The position numbers were made by a program, and so were the translations under genes. From the NCBI GenBank assembly GCA_964386505.1, contig CAYLSM010000002.1:1-55523 (forward strand): 55,523 nt of DNA, in the 5' to 3' direction. This document shows, piece by piece, positions 47,304-55,523 of the stretch. Each line of letters starts with the position of its first letter. Position 1 is the first letter of the stretch. Under the pieces are notes generated by a model, which did no database searches, was not told the DNA's origin, and saw only the letters and a program-made list of their open reading frames with translations. This DNA comes from an uncultured Gemmatimonadales bacterium (GTDB lineage: Bacteria; Gemmatimonadota; Glassbacteria; GWA2-58-10).

Positions 47304-48884
47304 ATGCGGGTCCTGATCGCGACCAAACTGGACGAGGTTGCCCGGCGCATCCTCGAAGAGGCTGGGATCGAGGTGGTGGTGAAAGCGGGCCTGGATGAAG
47401 CGGGATTGTGCGAGGCGGTCAAAGGCTGCCAGGGGCTGATCGTACGCAGCGAGAAAGTGACCAAGGCGGTGCTGGATGCGGCCGATGAGATGCAGGCAGT
47501 GGTGCGCGCAGGCAGCGGCGTGAACACGATCGACGTGGCCTACGCCACCACACGTAATGTCCAGGTGATGAACACCCCCGGGGCCAACAGCAACTCGGTG
47601 GCCGAGCTGGTGTTCGCGTTCATGCTTTCCGGCTCGCGCCGTCTGCCCCTCGCCGACCGCTCGGTCAAGGAAGGGCGCTGGGAGAAATCGGGCCTCATGG
47701 GCCGTGAGCTGGTGGGCAAGACCATCGGCATAGTCGGCCTGGGCAATATCGGCACCCTGGTCAGCCGCAAGGCCAAGGGTTTCGAGATGAACGTGATCGG
47801 GTTCGACCCCGTGGTCTCGGAGGAAAAAGCGCGCGACATCGGCGTGAGCATGAAGTCGCTGGAGGAGGTGTTCGCCGAGAGTGATTTCATCACCCTGCAC
47901 GTGCCACTGAACGACAAGACCCGTGGCATGATCGGCGCCCAGTTGCTGGGGAGCATGAAAAAGGATGCCATGCTGATCAACTCCGCCCGCGCCGAGGTGG
48001 TGGACCAGGCCGCACTGCTGGAGGTGTTCGGCAGCCGCGCGGACCTGCAGTTCGGGGCGGACGTGTTCGTGGAGGGGGACAAGGAGGGCAACAAGTCCGT
48101 GGCCGTGCTGGCCGACCGTCTGGTCTGCACCCCGCACCTGGGGGCCAACACCTCCGAGGCCAACCGCCGGGCCGCGATCTCGGCCGCCGAGGAGCTGCGC
48201 GATTTCCTGGTCAAGCGCATGGTATGTTTCCCGGTCAACAACCTGGCCATCCCGCCCGATCTGAACCCGCGTTTCCTCGAGCTGACCCGTCTGATCGGCG
48301 AGATCGCCCACTACAACATAGGCGGTTACCAGCCTCAGGAAGTGCGTATCACCTGCTACGGGAAACTGAACAAGCACACCGACGTGCTGACCAACTACCT
48401 GATCAAGGGCCTGATGGACATCTACCATCAGGAGGTGGTCTCGCCAGCCGAGGCCCTCAAGCGCGCCGGGGAAAGCGGTATCCTGGTGGTCAAGCGCGTG
48501 CCGGACGACAGCAAGGGCTACGGCGAGTCGATCACCATCGACATCCTGTCCAAGAAACAGGAGTACCTCGAAACCTCGATCCGCGGCACGATCACCCCGG
48601 AGAGCGAGCTGAAGATCAACCGGATCGACTCCTTCGTCAACTTGGACCTGATCCCTTGCGGGCACATGCTGTTCACCTACCAGAAGGACCGCATCGGCCT
48701 GATCAACGACATCAGCCTGGCCCTGTCCAACGCCGGGCTCAACATCCTGAACATCCGTTTTACCACCGACCGGGAGGGGCGCTCCATCGTGGTGCTGCAG
48801 ACAGACACCGCGCTCAAGAGCGGAGTGTACGAGGCAATCAAGGCGAAAATCTCACCTTACAAGAGTTTCATGATGGCAGTCTGA
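47304..48884 (+). CDS. serA: D-3-phosphoglycerate dehydrogenase (long form with ASB and ACT domains)
   Basis: GIVGLGNIG NAD motif, PHLGANT, C-terminal ACT-like region. AAGGAG upstream. Confidence 0.95.
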   Translation: MRVLIATKLDEVARRILEEAGIEVVVKAGLDEAGLCEAVKGCQGLIVRSEKVTKAVLDAADEMQAVVRAGSGVNTIDVAYATTRNVQVMNTPGANSNSVAELVFAFMLSGSRRLPLADRSVKEGRWEKSGLMGRELVGKTIGIVGLGNIGTLVSRKAKGFEMNVIGFDPVVSEEKARDIGVSMKSLEEVFAESDFITLHVPLNDKTRGMIGAQLLGSMKKDAMLINSARAEVVDQAALLEVFGSRADLQFGADVFVEGDKEGNKSVAVLADRLVCTPHLGANTSEANRRAAISAAEELRDFLVKRMVCFPVNNLAIPPDLNPRFLELTRLIGEIAHYNIGGYQPQEVRITCYGKLNKHTDVLTNYLIKGLMDIYHQEVVSPAEALKRAGESGILVVKRVPDDSKGYGESITIDILSKKQEYLETSIRGTITPESELKINRIDSFVNLDLIPCGHMLFTYQKDRIGLINDISLALSNAGLNILNIRFTTDREGRSIVVLQTDTALKSGVYEAIKAKISPYKSFMMAV

Positions 48885-49019
48885 GCTGTTTTTCGACCTG
48901 GGACGGCCTCGGGGTGATACATTCGGGGGGTGGCGGAGGTTAAATCGGGGAGGCCCGGGGTGTGGCAACAGAGTGGCCGCACCCTCAACGTGAATCGATT
49001 GCGAGAAGAGATACCTGCA

Positions 49020-49979
49020 ATGAGCAAGGACAGAAAGTTGCATTCAGATAGATCGGGTGGCGCACCCGCAGGCGTAGGCGAGCAGCAGGTAGGTGGCGGA
49101 GGCGGCGGAGGTGGCCGCTCTGGCCGCCGCAGACGGCGTTCTCAGAGGAACCGCAAGCACCCAAACGGCGAGCAGATGGCGGCCCAGGGGCAGCCGCAGG
49201 GTCAGCCCGGCAAAGCGCAACAGCCCGGCAACCATAACCAGCCGCCCCAGGGCAAAGCCAACGGCGGGCATCCGCAGCCGCAGCCACAGAACCGTCAGGG
49301 CGGCGGAGGCCGTCCGCCAGAGAACGGCGGCGGAGGCCGTCAGAACCAGCACCCGACCCAGGCCCAGCGCGAGCGCGAGGATCGTCGGGCCGAGGAGGAA
49401 TTCCAGGCCGGTCGTCACTCCAAGGCCAACATGATTGTCCTGGTGGACTCCGATCCGGCCTATGTGGAGATGGAGTCCCTGGCCGTGGTGAACTATGTCT
49501 CGGGGTTCAACCCGATGGGTTTCACCGCCCTGGACAAGGCCCTCAGCTATATCACCAGCCCGCGCAACGAGGGCCGTATCCGCATGGTGCTGCTCAGCCT
49601 GGAAACCGAGGCCCAGAACGGCACCTCGGTGCAGGAGCTGCTGGGCGCCATGCACACTCACGGCGAGATACCGCTGGTGGCGGTGAGCGAGCAGAACTGC
49701 TCCGATTGCGTGAAACAGGTGCTCGGCCTCGGCGCGGTGGGCCTTCTGACCAAGGCTTTCACCATGGACGTGTTCGTGCGGTTCATCAAGGACGTGCTGC
49801 GCAAGGGGCATGTCACCGGCTGGCAGTGCTCGCAGTGCGGAAAACTGGTGCCCATGGACCAGGTGGACATGCTGAACATGCACCCGATCCGCTGCGCGCA
49901 CCGCGACTGTGTCTGCTCGGAGATCCAGGAGGTCACTTTCGGGCAGTCGGCGGTGGCCGAGCGGGTCCGGATGGGCTGA
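49020..49979 (+). CDS. Hypothetical protein: Gly/Gln/Arg-rich low-complexity N-terminus, receiver-like domain lacking the acceptor Asp, and a C-terminal Cys cluster
   Basis: Residues 1-135 are low complexity. Residues 137-262 resemble CheY (VLVDSDP, LLSLET, VAVSE, LLTKAF). Residues 269-299 carry CSQC...C.....C.C. Confidence 0.65.
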   Translation: MSKDRKLHSDRSGGAPAGVGEQQVGGGGGGGGRSGRRRRRSQRNRKHPNGEQMAAQGQPQGQPGKAQQPGNHNQPPQGKANGGHPQPQPQNRQGGGGRPPENGGGGRQNQHPTQAQREREDRRAEEEFQAGRHSKANMIVLVDSDPAYVEMESLAVVNYVSGFNPMGFTALDKALSYITSPRNEGRIRMVLLSLETEAQNGTSVQELLGAMHTHGEIPLVAVSEQNCSDCVKQVLGLGAVGLLTKAFTMDVFVRFIKDVLRKGHVTGWQCSQCGKLVPMDQVDMLNMHPIRCAHRDCVCSEIQEVTFGQSAVAERVRMG

Positions 49980-50002
49980 GCCGGGCGGCCGGATCAGTGA
50001 AG

Positions 50003-50072
50003 AAAAAATCCGCGGTTGTCATGCGCCGGGGGGATGTGCCCCGGACGATCCATGACAACCGCGGTTTTTTTT
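50003..50072. terminator. Long nested bidirectional terminator between convergent genes
   Basis: Perfect 14-bp arms ccgcggttgtcatg/catgacaaccgcgg enclose an inner ccgggg/ccccgg hairpin. Flanked by A6 and T8. Confidence 0.7.
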
Positions 50073-50094
50073 CGGGTGCGCAGGCCCGGCCTCT

Positions 50095-51651
50095 CTACTG
50101 GAAGAACCCGCCGAGCAGTTGCGTACAGATATCCACCATCCGCTCCCCGGAACCCGCCGGCAGGGAGGCGTTGCCCGCTTCGTAGCCGCCCCGCGGGAAA
50201 GCCTCGCGGGTGGGCACATAGAACGGGGAGTCGGTGTCAGCCAGCTCGACTACCATGATCTGCCGGCCCGGGAAGCGCTCCTTGAGGGTCAGGCTGTGGC
50301 GGGCGAAAAGCTCGCCGGGCAGGAACACCAGCGCCACCTGGTTGAACCCGGCGACTGTAAACGGAAGGCGCAGGCTGTCGCGGCTGGTAAGATACTGGCT
50401 GGCCCAGGCCCGGACCGACCAGTCGTGCAGCTTTTTCAGCGCGTAAGGATCGAAAGCCGTGGCCGCCATGCGGTTGAAATCCTCCTCCGCCTTGACCCGC
50501 ATCTCCTCCGTGATCGCGGCCATGTCCGGCGCCACGCCGAAGCTTTGCACCTCCTGTTTCCAGAAAGTTCCGGTGAGCGGCTGGTACTGGACCATCTCCA
50601 GCTGCGCCGTGAGCAGCCGCCCCAGGCGTGTGCCCAGCTCGATCATCGGCTTTTCGCCGTTCTGTTCGATGAAGGGCTTGGTGTCGCCGCAGGGGCCCTG
50701 GAGGAAGTTCGCCTGAGCCCCGCCGGTGGCCTCGGACACAGCCCGGCACAGCACACCGGGATAATCGGCGGAATACTGGCGTGTCCGGCTGCCGCGGAAG
50801 GAGGTGGCGTGGCAGGCGAAGCGCACCAGGCTGCCCAGGACCTCGCCGGACAAGCTCTTGAAGCAGAGGGCCTCCAGGTGCGGATCGACCGGGCCGTCAA
50901 GGAGCATAGTCTTCGGGAGCGAGTCCATCAGGGCTGCGGCCTGCGGCGAGGGACCCATCGCGCGGGCGGCGCCGGGACCCTCCCGGTCGGCGTATTCCGA
51001 ACTCAGGATCTGCTCCCCGCGGGCTATGAAGTCGTCCACCTGGCCGCGGACATCCATCTGCCGGCCATCCGCCAGAATCAGGTTGTTCCGGCAATAGACC
51101 ATGGTCAGGTCACCGAAGGCGTCGTTGACCGCGATCCGGCGGTTGACCACCAGGCCGGGGCCGACCTCGATCCGGCAGTATCCAACCTGCGCCGGCTGCG
51201 CCGCCTGCCTGGCCTGCCGGGCGATGGAGCCGACCCGCTGCGCCAGCCTGCGGCAGTCAACCGCGAAGCCGGAATGCGTGTGGCTCGGGCAGACTGTCAC
51301 CCGGACCGAGTCCAGGCCAAGCGAATCCGCCACTCCCTGGCGAATGGCCGCGCACTCGCTGTCCGGCAGCTCGATCATGTCCAGCGAGACGATGCCGAAC
51401 GACTGCGCGCCATTTTCGACCCAGACGACTTTCGCGTACAGGCTGTCGTGGAGGCTGTAGTCCGGCCGGGTGGAGCCGATTGAGCTGATTTCACGCTGGG
51501 CGAAGCCGACCTTGGCAGGAGCCTGGCCCCGGTTGCAGCCCGGAGCGAGGAGGGCGGCCGACAGGAGGATTGCGGCGGCCGCGCCTGACCTGTGACTCAG
51601 TCCCAGCCGGGAGCGGCCTTCAGCGGACGATTTTCCTGCCGTACGTGTCAT
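50095..51651 (-). CDS. Neutral/alkaline ceramidase-like (N-terminal domain family) lipoprotein
   Basis: Lipobox LLAPGC; PSHTHSG motif. The ATG shares one base with the upstream TGA (TGATG). Confidence 0.75.
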   Translation of the reverse strand: MTRTAGKSSAEGRSRLGLSHRSGAAAAILLSAALLAPGCNRGQAPAKVGFAQREISSIGSTRPDYSLHDSLYAKVVWVENGAQSFGIVSLDMIELPDSECAAIRQGVADSLGLDSVRVTVCPSHTHSGFAVDCRRLAQRVGSIARQARQAAQPAQVGYCRIEVGPGLVVNRRIAVNDAFGDLTMVYCRNNLILADGRQMDVRGQVDDFIARGEQILSSEYADREGPGAARAMGPSPQAAALMDSLPKTMLLDGPVDPHLEALCFKSLSGEVLGSLVRFACHATSFRGSRTRQYSADYPGVLCRAVSEATGGAQANFLQGPCGDTKPFIEQNGEKPMIELGTRLGRLLTAQLEMVQYQPLTGTFWKQEVQSFGVAPDMAAITEEMRVKAEEDFNRMAATAFDPYALKKLHDWSVRAWASQYLTSRDSLRLPFTVAGFNQVALVFLPGELFARHSLTLKERFPGRQIMVVELADTDSPFYVPTREAFPRGGYEAGNASLPAGSGERMVDICTQLLGGFFQ

Positions 51652-52634
51652 CAGAAAGTCATTCCTTTTCCCGCCATCACACACTCGGCGATGCGGATCG
51701 ACTGCAGGCAGTCGGCCAGCGAGGGCGCGGGTGTGGCGCCCTTGATCAGGCACTCGATAAAATGCTGGCTCTCGCCCAGGAACCCGGTCACCTCGGCCGG
51801 ATCGAAGGGAGCGAAGATACGGCTGTCCTGCACAAAATGACGGTCGCGGCCGTTGTAGTGCAGAATGCGCCCCGGGAAGTCCACGGTCCAGTCCAGCGGG
51901 CATTCCAGGATCGTGGTGGTCCCGTGGGCGTGTACGGTGTAGCGTTCCACTGACAGCCCGGCCTCGGGCAGGATCGTCAGCCGCCCGTGCGCTCCGGAGC
52001 GGTAGCTGTAATCGACGAAATAGGAAGGGCGCATGTTGCCGGTCAGCTCCATTTTGCGCACCTCGACCGCCGAGACATCGCCACCCAGGAAACGCAGCGT
52101 GTCGATGGAGTGCACTGCGGTGCTGTAGCCGAAATCGGCATCCGTGCGCCCGAATCTCAGCATCTGGCCCTCGATGGCGTGTGGTGCGGGCGCCCCGGGA
52201 GCGGCCATGATCTCCTTGAGCCGCAGCACCAGGGGGATGAAGCGCCGGTTGAGCGCCACCACGTGGGTCAGTTTCTTTTTCTCCACCGCCTCGATCAGGC
52301 GCTCCACATCCGCGCTGCCCAGCCCGGGGGGCTTTTCCAGCAGAAGGGGAATTTCGCGGTCGATGAACTTGAGCGCCACTTGCGGGATCACCGACGGCGG
52401 CACGAGTATCCAGGCGGCGTCCAGTTGCTCTTTCTTCAGCATTTCATCCGGATTGTCATACCAGGCGGCGAACCCGAAACGCGCGGCCGATGACTCGGCC
52501 CTTGCGGCCGAGGTGTCGCAGACCGCGGCCAGCTCCAGGCCCGGGTATTTCTGGGTCAGGCGCTTTAGCGCCGGGCAGTGGTAGCCCTCGCTGATATAGC
52601 CCGCCCCCACTACGGCTGCACGTATCCGATCCAA
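51651..52634 (-). CDS. Gfo/Idh/MocA-family NAD(P)-dependent oxidoreductase
   Basis: IRAAVVGAGYISEGYH Rossmann N-terminus, EKP motif (LLEKPPG). TTG start with GGGGAG upstream. Confidence 0.9.
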   Translation of the reverse strand: MDRIRAAVVGAGYISEGYHCPALKRLTQKYPGLELAAVCDTSAARAESSAARFGFAAWYDNPDEMLKKEQLDAAWILVPPSVIPQVALKFIDREIPLLLEKPPGLGSADVERLIEAVEKKKLTHVVALNRRFIPLVLRLKEIMAAPGAPAPHAIEGQMLRFGRTDADFGYSTAVHSIDTLRFLGGDVSAVEVRKMELTGNMRPSYFVDYSYRSGAHGRLTILPEAGLSVERYTVHAHGTTTILECPLDWTVDFPGRILHYNGRDRHFVQDSRIFAPFDPAEVTGFLGESQHFIECLIKGATPAPSLADCLQSIRIAECVMAGKGMTF

Positions 52635-52677
52635 TGTCTCTCCCCTCTGTGCTGTTTTTCAGTCCGTTGCAGGCGGC

Positions 52678-52875
52678 TCAGCGCTGGTTGCAGCGCACGA
52701 AATGGCCGATCGAGCGGTCGTAGGTCCTCTCCTGGGCCGCGCTGAAATAGCAGGCCGGCAACTCACCGTTGCGGCGGTGGTAGGCAATGCACTCACAGCA
52801 TTTGCCCTTGCGGCTGCACGGCTCGTAGGTGCAGTTGCAGTCTTTAAGGTTGGAGTTGAGGTTCTTGCAGTCCAC
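52678..52875 (-). CDS. Small Cys-rich protein (65 aa), DUF6485-like
   Basis: GTG start 6 nt after AAGGAG. C-x-C-TY-x2-C-x5-CC-x-C-x2-YH pattern ([21 protein letters not shown]). Confidence 0.6.
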   Translation of the reverse strand: MDCKNLNSNLKDCNCTYEPCSRKGKCCECIAYHRRNGELPACYFSAAQERTYDRSIGHFVRCNQR

Positions 52876-53077
52876 GGTCGGCTCCTTGGCAGGGTTGCGG
52901 TATAAGTTCGGAGACAAATCTAATCCCTGCCCGCGCAAGGCGCAAGCCCACCAACCGGTGCATGTTGAAGGCCTTTCTTGCGCCTTTGTCCGGCAGGTGG
53001 TAAATTCGCCCCTTGAGCCGTAATCCACGCCAGAACTCTCCTTCCCGCCACGCTCAATTCAGCCCGCTGGAGGCATT

Positions 53078-54817
53078 TTGCAACAGAACCTCCGTCTCGG
53101 CGACTGGGCCATGATCCTGGTCTACAGCCTTTTGATGCTGGCTATCGGCATCTACTGCATCCGTTTCAGCCGCAAGGGGATCAACTATTTCGCCGGGGGG
53201 CGCCGTATCCCCTGGTGGCTCTCCGGGGTGAGCGCCTGGATGAGCGCGTTCAGCGCCTATGTGTTCGTGGGCCTGGCCTCGCAGGTCTACAAACTGGGAG
53301 TGGCCCCACTGGTGCATGTGCTCTACGGCATGTCTTTCGCCTGGTTTGTCGGGATGTTCCTCTGGGCCGAACGCTGGCGCAAGACCGGCGTGATCACCGT
53401 ACCCGAGTTCATGGAGACCCGTTTCAGCCTGAGCACGCGCCAGGTGTTCGCCTGGGCGGTCACCCCGTTCCGGATCGGGGATGACGGGGTCAAGTGCTAC
53501 GCCACGGCCAAGATACTGGGCTTCGTGTTCGGGGTGCCGCTCTGGGCCAGCATCCTGGGCCTGAGCCTGCTCACGGTGGGATATACCATGCTGGGCGGAC
53601 TGTGGGCGGTGATGATCACCGACCTGGTCCAGTTCGTGATCCTGGCCCTGGTGCTCCTGGTGGTTCTGCCGGTGGGGCTGGCCAAGGTCGGCGGCCTGTC
53701 CGGTCTGGCCGCCGGAGCGCCGGAGGGTTTTTTCAGGGTGTTCCACCCGTTCGAAAGCTACAACGGCGATTTCACGGTCTGGTTTTTCATCGCCATGTGG
53801 GTGATGACCCCGCTGCTGTACAACGGCAGTTTCTCGCTGGTGCAGCGCTACACCACCGTGCCCACACCGCGGGATGCCCGCCGCAGCGCGCGGCTTTCGA
53901 TGTGGCTGGGGATAGTGTTTTTCCCGCTGGTGATCGGGCCGCCGCTCATAAGCCGGGTGCTGTACGGCGATGCCCTGATGGCCGGGACCTCTCTGATGGA
54001 GACGAGCTACATCAAGCTCTGCGTCGACCTTCTGCCCGTGGGCATGATCGGCCTGGTGGCGGTGGCCTTGATGGCGGCGACCATGAGCTCCCTGGCCGGC
54101 GACTATAACATCTACGGTGCAGTGTTGACCAATGACCTCTACCACCGTCTGCTGAACCGCAAGGCCAGCGCCACCCGCCTGGCGGTGGTGGGCAAGCTGA
54201 ACACACTGCTGGTGGGGGGCCTGGCCCTGCTCGTGGCGGCCAGCGTGGAGCGCCTGGGCGGGGCTTTCGGTGTGATGATGACCATTCTGGGGATGATCGG
54301 CGGGCCGACCACGATCCCGATCCTGCTGGGGATCTGGATCCGCCGTCCCGGCCCCGGAGCGGCGATAGTGTCGTGCCTGAGCGGCTTGGCTTTCGGGGCG
54401 CTCGCCAAGTACGGGCTCGGCTGGTCCTATGCCCCCTTTGTCCTGGGAAACGTGGCCGTGACCGCGGGTGTGTTCCTGCTGATCGGCTGGTTCCGGCCTG
54501 TCCGGGGAGCGGTCAAGGCGCGGGTGGATGACCTGTTCGACCGCGTCCTGCACGGCGGCGGTGAAAACGGCGCCGCGTTCGGCGATGAGGAGAGCGCCGC
54601 GACAGCGGTGCCATCGCCTGAGGAATCGGCTGCGCCCTCGCCGTTCTATATCGTGGGCTGGATCCTGGGTGCGATCGGGGCCTGTCTGGCCCTTGTGGGG
54701 CTGGCCAGCGGCAGCGCCCATGCGGCCCTGGTGGATGCCCTGGTGGCGCTGGCCCTGGTGCTGCTGGGCTGGTTCCTGGTGCGGCGCGGCCGCGGGGCCA
54801 GTCTGAAAAGGGCCTGA
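53078..54817 (+). CDS. Sodium:solute symporter (SSS) family transporter
   Basis: About 13 TM segments; N-terminus DWAMILVYSLLMLAIGIY...YFAGGRRIPWW is typical of SSS. TTG start after GGAGG. Confidence 0.9.
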   Translation: MQQNLRLGDWAMILVYSLLMLAIGIYCIRFSRKGINYFAGGRRIPWWLSGVSAWMSAFSAYVFVGLASQVYKLGVAPLVHVLYGMSFAWFVGMFLWAERWRKTGVITVPEFMETRFSLSTRQVFAWAVTPFRIGDDGVKCYATAKILGFVFGVPLWASILGLSLLTVGYTMLGGLWAVMITDLVQFVILALVLLVVLPVGLAKVGGLSGLAAGAPEGFFRVFHPFESYNGDFTVWFFIAMWVMTPLLYNGSFSLVQRYTTVPTPRDARRSARLSMWLGIVFFPLVIGPPLISRVLYGDALMAGTSLMETSYIKLCVDLLPVGMIGLVAVALMAATMSSLAGDYNIYGAVLTNDLYHRLLNRKASATRLAVVGKLNTLLVGGLALLVAASVERLGGAFGVMMTILGMIGGPTTIPILLGIWIRRPGPGAAIVSCLSGLAFGALAKYGLGWSYAPFVLGNVAVTAGVFLLIGWFRPVRGAVKARVDDLFDRVLHGGGENGAAFGDEESAATAVPSPEESAAPSPFYIVGWILGAIGACLALVGLASGSAHAALVDALVALALVLLGWFLVRRGRGASLKRA

Positions 54818-54915
54818 GCGGACAAGCGGAGATCGGTCCAGCGTTTGTTAAGGTGTACCCGGGTAGGGTGCGTCTTTGTGGGGATGAGGCGTATTGGAGA
54901 GGTTGACCGGCGAGT

Positions 54916-55467
54916 CTATTTCTGGACCAGCTTTTCCTTGATCCGCACCAGTTCCTTGTTGTATTCCAGCTCGCTTTCGGCCTGGGCGATCTGGTTCTGC
55001 AGGGCGACAATCTGCTTGTCGCTCTCCAGGGTGGCCAGTTCCAGTTTCTTGACCGACTCCTGAAGTTCGGTGGCCCGCGCGTTTATCTCGGCGAACTTGT
55101 CCTCTTCCAGTTTCAGACGGTTGTTCAGAAGGTTGCGTTCACCCTCCGGCACCGCGCCCTCCTCCAGGGTGTGGCGAATCCTGTCCCGCTCCTCCTCCAC
55201 GCCCTTGAGCTGTTTGGCGATCTGGACCAGTTCCTCGCGCCGGGTGTTGAAATAGTGCCGGTTGTCGTTGAGGTGGTTTTCCGCCTCGTACAGCTTTTTG
55301 CGCAGACCGTTGAGCAGCTCTCGCGAGGACTCCAGCCGCCGTTGGGAGGTCAGGTATTCCATCTCGCGTCTCTTGCGATCTTCCTCGCGCTTGCGCTGGA
55401 ACACGATAAGCAGAAACAGCAGAATGCAGATTCCGAGAACAACCGCGACCGAATAGTAATAGACCAT
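54916..55467 (-). CDS. Hypothetical membrane-anchored coiled-coil protein
   Basis: N-terminal TM helix VAVVLGICILLFLLIVF followed by about 150 aa of heptad-like charged sequence. Confidence 0.6.
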   Translation of the reverse strand: MVYYYSVAVVLGICILLFLLIVFQRKREEDRKRREMEYLTSQRRLESSRELLNGLRKKLYEAENHLNDNRHYFNTRREELVQIAKQLKGVEEERDRIRHTLEEGAVPEGERNLLNNRLKLEEDKFAEINARATELQESVKKLELATLESDKQIVALQNQIAQAESELEYNKELVRIKEKLVQK

Positions 55468-55523
55468 TTTCCGAGATCCGGTTGTATTACTCTGCCTTGG
55501 AGGCGAAAGAAGCAGGAGTGACG

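Noticed and set aside
49080-49340. GC-rich short direct repeats (GGCGGAGG units, ggcggcggaggccgtc twice) as a possible repeat array or CRISPR
   Set aside because: The repeats are irregular, in-frame and encode the Gly/Arg/Gln low-complexity head of the 49020-49979 protein. There is no repeat-spacer periodicity.
53060-53080. Sigma54-like TGGAGG...TTGCA upstream of the symporter
   Set aside because: The GG-to-GC spacing is one nucleotide short. The sequence is better explained as GGAGG SD plus the TTG start codon of the SSS gene.

Overview
Visibly GC-rich bacterial chromosomal segment of 55.5 kb with about 49 protein-coding genes on both strands. I found no rRNA or tRNA genes, no CRISPR array, and no transposase, integrase, reverse transcriptase or phage genes. 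A 1008-aa secreted protein ends in a T9SS-type C-terminal sorting domain, which suggests an FCB-superphylum-like host (inference). Gene content, left to right: ABC-2 transporter, cold-shock protein, TylF-type methyltransferase, long-form KamA-family radical SAM enzyme, PBP4. Next come a Wza/Wzz polysaccharide export pair facing a sigma54 two-component system, then a proteostasis cluster (clpB, fmdB-like zinc ribbon, groES/groEL behind a perfect CIRCE operator, HU, rpoZ, grpE, nfeD-SPFH). These are followed by an AAC(3)-like/CBM9-like coupled pair, an NAGS-like enzyme, a PAS/GAF kinase, an M29 aminopeptidase, a GT4 glycosyltransferase and a LOG-led four-gene operon. A Tat/lipoprotein periplasmic island contains PhoA and two TIM-barrel enzymes. 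Then come korAB, an FGE-domain lipoprotein with a giant repeat protein, DUF3795, serA, and an RGG/Q-rich pseudo-receiver protein. The window ends with a DUF6485-like/Gfo-Idh-MocA/ceramidase-like operon facing a sodium:solute symporter. Most of the window looks like ordinary core chromosome, and I found no defence or mobile system. The most plausible places for something undescribed are all modest and unproven: (i) the FGE-lipoprotein plus 14-repeat T9SS cargo operon, (ii) the LOG-led operon with two unknown small proteins, (iii) the pseudo-receiver/zinc-ribbon protein with a long low-complexity head, (iv) the long-form KamA enzyme, (v) the structured, repeat-bearing leader upstream of korAB. 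The many long ORFs antisense to real genes are GC3-bias artefacts. Start codons were refined by ORF-track arithmetic plus Shine-Dalgarno inspection. All homology statements come from reading motifs by eye, not from searches.
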